From: Bryobacterales bacterium
Lineage (GTDB): Bacteria; Acidobacteriota; Terriglobia; Bryobacterales; UBA6623
DNA: 64,000 nt
Direction: 5' to 3'
NCBI GenBank assembly: GCA_963422375.2
Contig: OY729427.2
Span: 416,001 to 480,000 of the forward strand
This document shows, one piece after another, positions 10,486-24,603 of the stretch; position 1 is the stretch's first letter, and each line of letters starts with the position of its first letter. A program made the translations under genes and the position numbers. The notes beneath the pieces are model-generated. The model was not told the DNA's origin. It saw only the letters and a list, made by a program, of their open reading frames with translations, and did no database searches.

Positions 10486-12144
10486 TCAACGTTCGTGGCG
10501 CGACTGCATTGGAGGACGCGTCCCGGCGTGCGAACCGTCGCCAATCGATTCATCGCGCTCCGGGGCGAAGAGCCCCAAGCCGAAGTGACTGCCGTATCCG
10601 ATGGCTAACGGACTCTCAATCGCTTCCGACATGACGATGCTGAGTAGCGCGCCGGCGGCATCAGGCTGCGCCTCGCCACCACGAGAACGGAAACGGTGGA
10701 AGTGGATCGCGCGTCGCTTGGTTCCGCCGACCGAGATCGTATCCAGCACACGTACGTCGACGCCGTCCGCATCCAGGCCGCGACGTTTGAGCAGGCGACG
10801 CACTTCGCCCGGGTAGCCGGATGCCTTCAGGTGTCCGGATGCCAGAAACGGCGTCACGCTCCGCCACCGGTCGGACGTCGCGAAGATACGCGCACTGCCG
10901 GCGAAGTCGGCGGGTCTGCCGAATCCTTCCAGCGCGAGTCGCCATTCCGTGACTCTGCCCGGCTCGGGATCGTCGTCCTCCTGTCGCTGCTTCGGTGGAA
11001 GCCAAAGGCGGGTGATGCCATCCAAGGCGGCGCGCACGCTGTCGCTTATGCCGACGGCTATGAACACGGACAGGTGATCGATCCACCCATCCCCGTCCGC
11101 GTCTTCGGGCAGCCAGAACGCGTGGGCGTGAGACGGGTCCTTCAGCGGCTTCCCGTCAGCAGCGCGGCCTGAAATCTCCCACGGCGCCTTCGGGATCGTT
11201 CGTCCCGTCGACTCGTCACGTTGCCATCCGAACCGCGCGAGCGCGGCCCGGCGCATCAGCTCGCCAATCGTGACGGCGTCCTCAATGCGCGGGCGTGGAC
11301 GCCCGGCCAGCAGAAAGCGCGCAACGGTGGGCAGGTCACGCCCTGCCCGAGAAGGGGAGCGACGGGCGAAACGGCGGGTCACCGCACCGGTGGCGGCCTC
11401 CGGCTCGCGCGTATAGACGACCTCGCGGGCCGCCGGCGGGCGATTCCAACCCCGGTCCTGATAGTCGGCCGTGTCGAGCGCGAGCGCATCGACGAGACGT
11501 TCGGGCAGCGTATCAATCGGCGTTCGCTTATCTCCCGCGAGCATCTGGCGCTTCATGCCGTCCATGATCTGCCGGCGTTGGGCCGAGTATGAGTCCGGGC
11601 GGTGCGGTGCCAGCAGCCGCACGGGATCCCCGCCCCCGTGCCCGTCGAGCGGTCGGCAATTCACGGAGCCCTCCCAATCGGCGAGCGCTTCGCATTCGGT
11701 CCAGCTCTCGGCCCGGCCGAGGTAGCCGATGCTGCGCGCGAGATCCGCAGCGAACGCGAACGGCTCGGGTTCGAGAGTTGCGCCCGGCCACGCGGCGATC
11801 AGCGTCGAGCCGCTGGGCAGCCGAACGAATGCGTCGAAGACGAGGGTCGTCTTCGGCCCACTCTGGTCGAGCCCTCCGGTCGGCATGTAGTGACGCGTGT
11901 GAGCGTGGATTGCGCCGGTCGGCAGGCTGTACTCAGGCAGCGTCTCGGCGAGCGTGTCGATCAGCCCCGCCAGGTCGTCCTCGGACCAGCGCGCCCGATC
12001 ACCCTTGCGCCACCACGCGGCGATGAGCGCGCGCAGCAGGCGCCAAGGCTCCGGCGGCCAAGCAACGGCGGCTTCGTTGACGTGGCGGCCCCACGGCGTT
12101 GCGTGGTACCGGCCAGCGGGAAAGCGGAAGGCAAGTGCGAACAT
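10486..12144 (-). CDS. csb2: type I-G CRISPR protein Csb2 (Cas5-Cas6 fusion)
   Basis: GRYHATPWG, WPPEPWRLLRAL, YLGRAESW, and C-terminal G-rich loop GYGSHFGLGLF. Confidence 0.92.
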   Translation of the reverse strand: MFALAFRFPAGRYHATPWGRHVNEAAVAWPPEPWRLLRALIAAWWRKGDRARWSEDDLAGLIDTLAETLPEYSLPTGAIHAHTRHYMPTGGLDQSGPKTTLVFDAFVRLPSGSTLIAAWPGATLEPEPFAFAADLARSIGYLGRAESWTECEALADWEGSVNCRPLDGHGGGDPVRLLAPHRPDSYSAQRRQIMDGMKRQMLAGDKRTPIDTLPERLVDALALDTADYQDRGWNRPPAAREVVYTREPEAATGAVTRRFARRSPSRAGRDLPTVARFLLAGRPRPRIEDAVTIGELMRRAALARFGWQRDESTGRTIPKAPWEISGRAADGKPLKDPSHAHAFWLPEDADGDGWIDHLSVFIAVGISDSVRAALDGITRLWLPPKQRQEDDDPEPGRVTEWRLALEGFGRPADFAGSARIFATSDRWRSVTPFLASGHLKASGYPGEVRRLLKRRGLDADGVDVRVLDTISVGGTKRRAIHFHRFRSRGGEAQPDAAGALLSIVMSEAIESPLAIGYGSHFGLGLFAPERDESIGDGSHAGTRPPMQSRHER

Positions 12145-12148
12145 GCGC

Positions 12149-15507
<3,359 letters not shown>

Positions 15508-15518
<11 letters not shown>

Positions 15519-18084
15519 CGTGGTTTCCCTTGCGCTCCAGGGCCGATGCCCGCCAGTCGGCGACCCGTACGAGAGTCTCCAGCCACGCTAGCCGGAACGG
15601 CCCGAGTTGCGCGAGCAGCTCGCGTGTGCGCTCGGTCCAGCTCTCGTGGGAGGTCTCGTCCCAGCCCAACTCCATGATCGAGAGCCGCAGGCTGCCCCCC
15701 TGCCAGTGCTCGCCGCCTTCAAGTTCGAACGGCGGCAGGGTGTCCCCTTCCCACACGCCGCGGGCGAAGCGTACTCCGGCGCGCTCGCTGCCCTTCGGCG
15801 GCACCTCCCGGGGCAGGGCGCGCAGGTTCATCCGCACCTTACCGTGATGCGCGGCGATCAGCCAAGCAATTAGATCGGCGTCTCGGGACCAAGCTGAATG
15901 GGCCAGGAATGCAAGTGTCGAGGCGAGCTCATGCCGGAAATAGGCTCGCGCATGTCGGGTCCGCTTGACCGTCTTTGCCAGCAGCACATCGGGCGCCACG
16001 TCCTGTCCGTCAAGACCCCGGCGCATCGTGTCCTGAAACACTTCGTGCGCTTTTCCGATGTCGTGCCACCGTGCCGCACGTACTAGCGTCTCACGGACGT
16101 CGGGCTCCATGTCGAGCGCGGCGCACAGCGATTTCGCCTCCACGGTGACGTGCCGAAGATGATCGGCCAGCGGCACGATCGCCTCGATCTGGCTCAGCGG
16201 GTCTTCGTCGTGCCCCTCCGGCTCGCCCGGCGTCGCGGAACCGTCCCGCGCGGCGGCCGAGCCGGTCGCAACTGCCGCATCGGCGACCGGATCGGGCACG
16301 TCCTTCGGATCGCCCGTGAAGCCGACGCTCTCCCGATAGCCGCCGGCGTTCCGATCTGCGAGCAGCATCAGTCCCGGCCAGGGCTGGCCATGGAACGGCA
16401 TCCATCCCGGCGGTGCGGTTCCCGTCCGGCCGTCCCGGCGCCGCCACTGCGGATCGCGCCGGAACACGAGGACCCTCCCATTGCTGTGCTTCTCCAGCTT
16501 ACGAAGCCATTTCTTGGCGGCGGCAATCGAAACGGCGCACAGTTCCTGCCGCCGGGGACGCGGCTGCTCGTCGCCCGTCACGGGGAGATCACGCCAGAAT
16601 ACGCGGATGTCCGTGTCGTCCGCGTCGCGGACATACGGGGACACGTCGACGTCGAAACCGGTCAGGTCTGGGTCCGTATCGAAGAGATCGTCAAGGTCCT
16701 TGCGGCGAATCACCCTGCGTGGCGGTTCAACGTAGTCCGGCGGGGGAAGGCGCGCCGGCGCGACATCGGTCAACACCGACAGCCGTTCCCGTGCGGCGTG
16801 CAGTTCGGCGACGCTGTAGGGAATCGCCACTTCGGCCGCTTCCCTGTCCGACGACTCGCCGTTCGCCCACGACTGGAGCAGGTCGATCCAATGCACATAC
16901 GCGCCGTCGGGAAGCTCGGCATAGCGGTTGGCGCGGCCAAAGCGTTGGACCATCGACGACCAGGGCCCGATCTCCGTGAACAAGACCGCGGAGGAGATGT
17001 CCACACCGGCTTCGACCGCCTGGGTGGCAACGACGATGCGGCCATGCGGATTCGCGTCACCGGTTCCGATCACCTTGTCCATCTCCCGTCGGCGGTCGAC
17101 GGGGCGGAAGCGGGAATGGACGAGAGCCAGAGTCGGCGGCGCCGGCTTCCGTTTCGACAGCCTCTTCTCCAGCTGTTGGTGAAGCACCCGCGCCCGGTCG
17201 ACGCGGTTGACGATTGCGAGCGTCATCAGTCCGGGGCGGTGTGCGTCTAGGACGGCGTCCGCGAGCCGCCCGAGGTACTCGGTAAGGTCCGGCTTCTTCG
17301 GTGACGTCGGCGCCACGTGCGCCCGAGTCAGTCGCTTGCCGGCCTGCGACAAGCGTGCGAGCCTGCCGTCCGGTTGCGCCGTAGGATCGACCCTGACGAC
17401 CGATGCCGGAGCAGGATGATCAACCGTGGCGAGCCAGCGCGGATCGAGCGTCGCCGAGATCCAGAGACTGCGGGATGGACTCCCCGGCGACAGGTTCCTA
17501 CTCCGCGCTCGATCCGCATCCGATCGCCGGAATGCCTCGAGCTGCGCAGAGGTTGCTCGACCCGCTCCCATCAGTTGCACCTCGTCGAACACCCACTGTG
17601 CATCCTCGTGCAGGAGGGCGAACTCCATCGGCCAGATCGCCCGAGACGAGGCGAATCCGCGCATCAGCGCCCGGCTGAGGAGCATGTCCTGGGTGCCGAC
17701 GAGCACCGCCGGGCGCTCTGGCGTCTCCAGCCAGCTGTCGGCATCCACCCCGCCCATGAGCACGTGCACGTCCTCCGGTCGAGGGAGTCGCCCCGCGCAG
17801 TCCACTTTGGCCATCAGCTTGCCAAACCAATCCCTGACCGCCCGCGCAGTCTGCTCGACGAGCGTCCGCATCGGCAGGCACCAGACGAGACGGCGAGGCG
17901 TACCACCGGGACACTGGAGGCGACGGGCGGCCCACGCGAGCGTCACCGCGGCCGTCTTACCCGAACCCGTCGGTGCAATGAGGACCCGTGGCAATGCGTC
18001 GGTTGTGAGCGCGAGTTGCCACCCGTCGGGCTGCACGCCCTCGCCAAACACGATTCGATAGATGGTGGTGCCGTCCACATGCAT
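15508..18084 (-). CDS. cas3: type I-G Cas3 helicase-nuclease with C-terminal HD domain
   Basis: APTGSGKT, DEVQ, SAT, QRFGRANR; then LADH, WHDIGK, HELAS, HHGK, ADWRAS. Confidence 0.93.
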
Positions 18085-18115
18085 TTCCTAACCTACGCGG
18101 TCAGCAAGAGGCGTA

Positions 18116-18124
18116 ATCCTAGCA
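18116..18124 (-). promoter_or_regulatory. putative extended -10 promoter for the cas3 operon
   Basis: TGcTAGGAT about 30 nt upstream of the cas3 ATG; no clear -35. Confidence 0.35.
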
Positions 18125-18289
18125 GAATGGAGGAACGAGCGTCCGTTCGACCCACCAGCGGAGCGCGGTGGCCTAGGCCGCCGCGCCGACATCGAACAAG
18201 GTCCCGTCAACCCATCATCCGAAGAGCTTGTGCGAAACGATCGTCCGATCCTGCCGGTCGGCGGAATCGCAAAACGCTTCTCGACCACC

Positions 18290-18430
18290 GTGGCCGGAGC
18301 GCCTCGGTGCGACCTTCGACGGTGTCCGACGAATCAACCCACTCGGCCTGGAACCATTCTAGGTAGGCCAGCCGCCGACAGCAGACGTATTCGTTGACCA
18401 CGCGCACGGGCAGGGGCTTGTCGGCAGAGA
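18290..18430 (-). pseudogene. cas4: N-terminal relic of Cas4 (or Cas4/Cas1 fusion)
   Basis: LPVRVVNEYVCCRRLAYLEWFQAEWVDSSDTVEG resembles the Cas4 N-terminus; similarity stops after about 40 aa. Confidence 0.75.
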
Positions 18431-18810
18431 TGGGCCGTTCCGGCGGTTCGCAAATTTCTGGAGCTGGCACCCAGTCAATCTCCCTTGTAAGCAGCCTGTG
18501 TGATCGTCTTGGCCGTTCTGTGCCCGTCGGCCGCAGTGACGAACCGCCGTGTTCGTGGCCGCCGTCGGGTAAGTGATTGAGCGGATGGCTGGAGCCTCGA
18601 ATGGACGCGGCGTCCCACTCAGCGCGCGGACCCGGATGATCCGCGCCGGATCTGCGCTTCCCTCCGGCGCGCTCGGACTCGCCCCGCGGCCGGGATCCAG
18701 CGGGCAGCCGCCCCGGTCCGCGGACACGGGCACGCAAGCATCCCCATGGACGCTGGACGCGCCGGCGCGAGACGCCGGGGCGTGGTAAGCGCGAAAGAAA
18801 GAAAATATTT

Positions 18811-19156
18811 ATCTGAGTGCCAAAGACGCTACATGGAACTAGAACTGCTCTGATCGGGGAGGCCTGTGTCTAGCCCGGATTGTTCATGGTGGGGCCTCGA
18901 TGGGTGCTGAATGGCAGATCTGCATTTGAAGTGCATCGGCAAGCGGGTTGCGCCAAGCGCGGCACTGGATAGGCCGCCACGACTCGGGGAGCCCGTCCTG
19001 CCTTTCCGGGTCCATCCAAGCCGATTTCGGGCCCTTTGAGGGCCAAGGGTGATGGGCCTCCAGATCGCAATTGCCTGCATGAATCGACTGGGATATACGC
19101 GCCTGTGTTTGGGGGGATTGCGCATCTGGAGTGCCCTTCACACTGAGCGCAAAGAG
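18811..19156 (+). ncRNA. candidate structured RNA inside IS1595 right end, copy B
   Basis: Homologous to 6847-7152; long stem CTCCAGAT-CGCAAT / ATTGCG-C-ATCTGGAG; covariation with copy A. Confidence 0.45.
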
Positions 19157-19851
19157 TTAGCTCACAGCGGTCTTCCGCATTCGACTCGGCTGTGGCCCTA
19201 GGGTATTTCCCCAATCCTCCACGGTCAATTCCGCTTGGTTTAGGGGCCTATTCTATTCAGTGGAATCACCGAGAATTCTTCCCCACCTGTATTGATATCG
19301 GGTTCACCGAACGCTGAACGATTCCGGGGCAGGACGCCACCTGTTGCGACATCAAGGCGGGCCCAGCGTGCGCATAGCGGGTGCCTCGCACGGGCACCTC
19401 ACGGGCCGGGCTGACCGCCTAGCCCGGCCTGACGCCACGCCGCGGCAACGACGACGCCCGGCCGAGCGCCACGCGCTGCTACCTTCCTACTGTAAGGCAC
19501 ATCCGCAGCCCCTAGCCCTTCCCGGAGACATCGCCCCTCTCTTCCATTCCTGCAGTAGCGGATCCATGCGAGAAAACGCCCTCTTGCACCGCGGAAATGA
19601 TCTGAGATTTTCGTAGCGAACTAGAGTGAGATCGTACACCTCGACGGCCGCTCGCGCATCGGTCGCGCAGCCGCCGGTGCGGCCGCCCAGGCCGCTGTCG
19701 CGGCTTTGCGGGTGAGCTGGCGCTAGGTCGGCCTCTTTCCGACCAAGTCCCGCGCCTTGCTTCGCATGTGTTCCGCCGTGTAGCGCGCGTTGTGCCGCCC
19801 CGCGAACTCCGCGAGATAGCGGCCCAAATGGCGCGCGCTCATATGGTAATA

Positions 19852-21011
19852 CTGAGGAGTGCAAAGGACATCATTGCCGTCCTCGTCTTCTGCTGAGACC
19901 ATTTCCCGCACTGAATGTGATAGAATCATTGCGTGCATTATTTCCACTCTGACGACGTTCGATGACTCCCCCATACGCTTAATATCACCGTCCTGAAGTC
20001 CGTTGTAACGCAATTCTATCTTGGCTATATTCTGGAAGAACTGGCGCCGAGATTCAGCATCGGAACCGGAACAGCCAAGTCCTGAGTGGCTAGGTTCATC
20101 GCCGGAGGCATGGCATCCCTAGATGACCATCCCAGGACAGGCGGCCCTCGCATCCTGACCGAGGAGCACGCGCTGTGGATCTTCCATACCGTTGTCGATA
20201 TAAGAATCCCCAGCACCTCAAGTTCGACTTCGCCTACTTGGACTGCCCAGCGAGTCCGCCGGGCCCTCATCGACGAGTTCGGCTTCGACGTGAGCCGCTG
20301 CCCCATCCGGCGCTTCATGTGTCGGCTCAAGCTCACGCCGCAGCAGCCGCGCCGCTGGGCGCTCCAGCGCCGGATGGGGGGGAGGGGGCGCACGATGGAT
20401 TGACACTAGGTTCGCGGAGATCAAGGAGGTGTCCGAGCAGGAAGGGGCCTTGATCGTGTTCGCTGACGAGGCCGGAATGCGTTCTGACTATCACGTGGGA
20501 CGGACATAGGTAGTGCGGGGGCAAGACGCCCGCGGCGGCCTGCACGGCCAAGAAGTTTCGCCTCAACATGCTGGCAGAGATCAGCCCAGACAGCTGCATC
20601 TATTACATGCTGCACGAGGGCGCGTCGGATGCGCGAAGGTTCTGCTCTTTCGTGAGTCAGGTGGCGGACGAGACCGGCGAGAGTGTGCGCTTCGTAGTGG
20701 ACAGATTCCGGATTCACACTGCGCAAGAAATGGCACACTTTCTCGATAGGGAATTCGAAAATGGACAGGTTAGGATTCATATCTTTCCAGAATATTCCCC
20801 GAAATTGAAGCCCAATGTGCTGGAATATTCGCACGTGAAGCGGATGATGAGCCAGAAATTATTCAAGATTAAGGACGATATGTTGCGCCTGATCGAAGCG
20901 GAATTCAAGTCGCGAAGGGACTTAACTGACATCGTGGCTAGCTTCTTCATGGAGCCCGATTGCCAGTACAATCTGGCCTGAACCGACGCAGAAGACCCTT
21001 GCGCTCCTCAG
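19852..21011 (+). mobile_element. IS630-family element, decayed
   Basis: TIRs CTGAGGAGYGCAARGG; TA duplicated at both sides; HTH part (WT...FG...LTPQQP) and DDE part (FADEAG, PEYSPKLKP) with stops. Confidence 0.88.
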
Positions 21012-22116
21012 TAGGTTCCGTATAGGCTGTCCTTGAAAGGGCCTGGAACCATTCGATGCCGTTGGTATCCGCCTCCCCGCGCACCTACTCGCCGCCGGAG
21101 TGCTTGACGGCCTCGTGCGCGAATTCCTCCAGGCAGACGTAGGCCACCGCCTCGTGGGAGCGGACCTGCGCGCCCGGAGCAGTCTGCCCGCAGGCAAAGC
21201 CCTGCAGGGTGCCCTTGGTCGTGCCCGGCAGCGGGGGGTCGGCCACTTCACTCGTGGCGCGGTCCCGTGCGCCCGGCATGGGCCCTACGGCTCTCGTGCC
21301 TGTTGCGCTTGCTGCCGCCGACATAGATCTCGTCGAGGTCACGTCCACCGGGCCCGGGAACAGGTCTCCGGCCCGCTCCCGGCGCGCGTGGATGCGGTGT
21401 GCTAAGAATGCCAGGCGACTTCCTGCTGATGCCGAGGTGGCGGTGCAGCTTCATACTGGAGACGCCCTTGAGGCTGGTGGTCAGCAGGAATATGGCGATG
21501 GTCCAGATGCGGTAGCCGAGCTTGGCGTCGGCCATGACGCTACCGGTGCGCACGGAAAAGCACTTGCCGCAACGGCGGCAACGGTACGGTGTCTAAGGGT
21601 GAGCGGCACCAGACTGGACGCTGGAGGTGCTGCAAATGAGGGCACGCAGGGCCGTCCGGCCAGCGCAGAACGGCTCCGCGGCTTGGTCATCGGGAAGCAT
21701 GGCGGTCACATGAATCTCGGTGATGTCTTTGCGGACCCGCTGTCGGGGCCGTTCTGCGTCATGAATGGACTCCTTTACTCGAGCTGTTCTACCACAGTAA
21801 TTCACTGTGTTTCAACACATAATCAGAGGATTTTTCTAATTATATTCGTGTTTGATAATCCGAATTAATTGGTCGCATTAGCACGCAAATATATAATTCC
21901 CACGGCGAATGATTCCCTTCCTTCCATCCAAGCTGAATCAGGAAGTGAATCGAATATCTCTATAGTTCTCTCACTCTCAATGCAAGGCCGCCCTGACGTC
22001 TCTCTGACAGACTAAGACCGACTGCGCCCGAAGCACTCTGCGACACACAACTGCGGCGGATCAGGCGGACCGATCCGATGCCGGCGGACACGAGGCCGTG
22101 TGTTACAGTCATCGCC

Positions 22117-23391
22117 ATGCCCACGTACCCCCAAGCGGTATCGCTTTACTTGCTGGTCCTTGCGGTTTCGGCCCACGGGGCGACCCCGCATTCCCGCACC
22201 ATCCGAGTCGACGCGAGCAACCTGCAAGAGGCAGTCGACCACGCGACGGCCTATTCCGTGCTCGTAGCAGACCACAACCGGCAGGTGGAGGTCACATCGA
22301 GCGTCCGCATCGACAAGCCGCTTGCGCTTGTTGGCCTCAATATGCGGCTCAAGCCGGGCCTAGAAGAGACACCGATACTTGAAGTCCTCGCCGAGGAAGT
22401 TAAGATCCGAGATTTCGCCCTGACCGGCAATGGCGACTCCGTGCCTCAGTCGGGCCGGGCTGCACTCATCGTGGTCCGCCGTGGCCGATTCCTGATCGAG
22501 AACGGACGGACGGACAACAGTGCGAAGGACGGCATCATGATCACGCCTGTGGCGAAATTCGGCAACATCGAACACGGTGTCGTCCGCAACGTGACCGGAC
22601 GTGACACGATCCGCGACATCGTATCGATAGGCGGACGAGGAAACGAGGGCCTGTACGTCCGCCACCTGGTGGTCGAGAACATTCGCAGCTACCGGTCGCA
22701 GCTGCGCGGTCCGGTCGAGGTATCGGACGGAAGCGAGCACATCACTGTCCGGGACATCTACGCCGAATCCTCGCTCTACGGAGTGGACGTGCAGGATCAC
22801 GGGCGCGAGGGAATGATCAACCGCCACATCCTCATCGACGGGGTCCAGGTCGTGGACTGCGTGGCGGCAATCCGAATGGCAAACCGGGACTTTGGCCACG
22901 ACGGGCTGACGATCCGCAACGTAAGCGGGGACCGCTTTCGCCCGAGCGAGCGATGGCGACCGCTGCACGTCCGCAACACGGCCAACGTCGTCATCGAGAA
23001 CGTGCGCCTTCGGGGCGGACCGGACGAGACCCCCTGGCTGGTCGTCGAGAACAGCGACAATGTGTCGATCCGCAACGTCACGCTGGTCGATGCGAACCAG
23101 GAGGGCCCGGCTGTCGTCGTGGAGGACGCAGACAACGCCCTGCTTGACAACATCGTTTTCTCCGGGAGCATGCAGCCGAGGCTCGGGATCCTGTACCGGA
23201 TTCGGGACAACAGCCGGTTCGGGGGCCTGAGAATCCGGAACGTGGTCGCGCCTGGCGTACGAGATGCAGGCATAGCGCTTGAGAACCTAAGCGAGTCGGG
23301 CGGGCTGAGTTCGTATGCAATCACGGGCAACCTAGCTACCGTGAGAGCCGACGTCGAGTCGCCGGTTCGCTTGGTCGAGGGCAACCTGTAG
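22117..23391 (+). CDS. secreted right-handed beta-helix (pectin-lyase fold) protein
   Basis: Signal-like N-terminus; repeated IxNV/IxDI parallel beta-helix pattern; start uncertain (22078 or 22117). Confidence 0.7.
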   Translation: MPTYPQAVSLYLLVLAVSAHGATPHSRTIRVDASNLQEAVDHATAYSVLVADHNRQVEVTSSVRIDKPLALVGLNMRLKPGLEETPILEVLAEEVKIRDFALTGNGDSVPQSGRAALIVVRRGRFLIENGRTDNSAKDGIMITPVAKFGNIEHGVVRNVTGRDTIRDIVSIGGRGNEGLYVRHLVVENIRSYRSQLRGPVEVSDGSEHITVRDIYAESSLYGVDVQDHGREGMINRHILIDGVQVVDCVAAIRMANRDFGHDGLTIRNVSGDRFRPSERWRPLHVRNTANVVIENVRLRGGPDETPWLVVENSDNVSIRNVTLVDANQEGPAVVVEDADNALLDNIVFSGSMQPRLGILYRIRDNSRFGGLRIRNVVAPGVRDAGIALENLSESGGLSSYAITGNLATVRADVESPVRLVEGNL

Positions 23392-23413
23392 CGGCCTAGC
23401 CGCCCGTACAGCG

Positions 23414-24415
23414 ATGCTCAAAGCGCGACCGGATCCGCTGCGCACGCCGATATGCGAGCAGATCGGCATCGACTACCCCGTTTTTCAAGCCGGAATGGGG
23501 ATGATTGCCCGGGCCGAGCTCGCCGTCGCGGTATCGCGAGCCGGAGGGCTGGGCGTCATCGGGACCGGCCTCAACATGCGACCGGACGAGTTGCGGGAGC
23601 AGATCCGCGCTGTCCGACGCGAGACGAGCAAGCCGTTCGGCGTTGACATCCTGTTCGCCACGGTGCGCTCCGGTGGCAGCAAGGTCGTCGCCTACACGGC
23701 AAACGTCCAAGGCCTGATCGAAGTTACCTTGGATGAAAGAGTGCCCGTGCTCGTTTCCGGTCTCGGAAGCCCCAAGGGAGCTATCCCCGAGGCTCGTGCT
23801 CGCGGAATCTACGTCGCAGCGGTTGTCGGGGCGGAGAGACACGCACTCAAGGCCGTCGCGGACGGCGTGAACGCTGTCATCGCGTCGGGCCGTGACGGAG
23901 GGGGCCATGTCGGGGCCGTCGGCACGGCAGCCCTTGTCCCAGCGGTAGTTGCCTCCGTGCACGTGCCGGTCGTCGCGGCCGGCGGACTGGCCGATGGCCG
24001 CAGCCTCGCAGCCGCCCTGGCTTGGGGCGCCCAAGGCGTCTGGCTCGGAACGCGGTTCATCGCAACCGAGGAGGCCGCTGCGCACGCCAACTACAAGACG
24101 AAGATCGTCGAGACGGGCACATCCGGAACGGTAGTTACCCGCGCGCACAGCGGCAAGCCATGCCGGTTGATAAGAAACGCCTTCACCGACCACTGGAGCG
24201 ACCGCGAGGACGAGATCCAGCCCTATCCGAGACAGGCCCTAGAAGTCGGCAATCCGGCATCCGCCCGCGGGCGGCTGGAAGGAGACGCGGAGTGGGGCGT
24301 GCTGCCAGCGGGCCAGAGCGCCGGCCGGATCCATGCCGTCCGGCCGGCCGGCGAGGTCGTCCGAGAGGTCGTCCGAGACGCCCGGGGATCCCTCGCGGCA
24401 GCCAACGCACTTTGA
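23414..24415 (+). CDS. nitronate monooxygenase / FabK-like flavoprotein
   Basis: PVFQAGMG, GGHVG, AAGGLADG, GTRFIATEE. Confidence 0.9.
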   Translation: MLKARPDPLRTPICEQIGIDYPVFQAGMGMIARAELAVAVSRAGGLGVIGTGLNMRPDELREQIRAVRRETSKPFGVDILFATVRSGGSKVVAYTANVQGLIEVTLDERVPVLVSGLGSPKGAIPEARARGIYVAAVVGAERHALKAVADGVNAVIASGRDGGGHVGAVGTAALVPAVVASVHVPVVAAGGLADGRSLAAALAWGAQGVWLGTRFIATEEAAAHANYKTKIVETGTSGTVVTRAHSGKPCRLIRNAFTDHWSDREDEIQPYPRQALEVGNPASARGRLEGDAEWGVLPAGQSAGRIHAVRPAGEVVREVVRDARGSLAAANAL

Positions 24416-24603
24416 TCCGCCGGACCGAATCCTCACGTGGTTGCAGGTCAGTCTAGCTCTGGGAGCAGCCCGGTTGCAGCTTCGTCGGCCAAGTCGGCGA
24501 ATCCCGCGATCACTCGCATCAGATATTCCTCATCCTGACCGATAATTAAGTAGACCCTTCTCTTCGATTCTGTGGTCTTGGAATATACCCCACCTTAATG
24601 TGC

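Larger units (their letters stand above)
18800..21901 (-). mobile_element. IS1595-family (ISXO2-like) element, copy B, decayed and interrupted by IS630
   Basis: Imperfect IRs 18800-18820 and 21881-21901 (15/21 match); transposase fragments at about 21760-21014 and 19849-19720 homologous to copy A. Confidence 0.85.
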
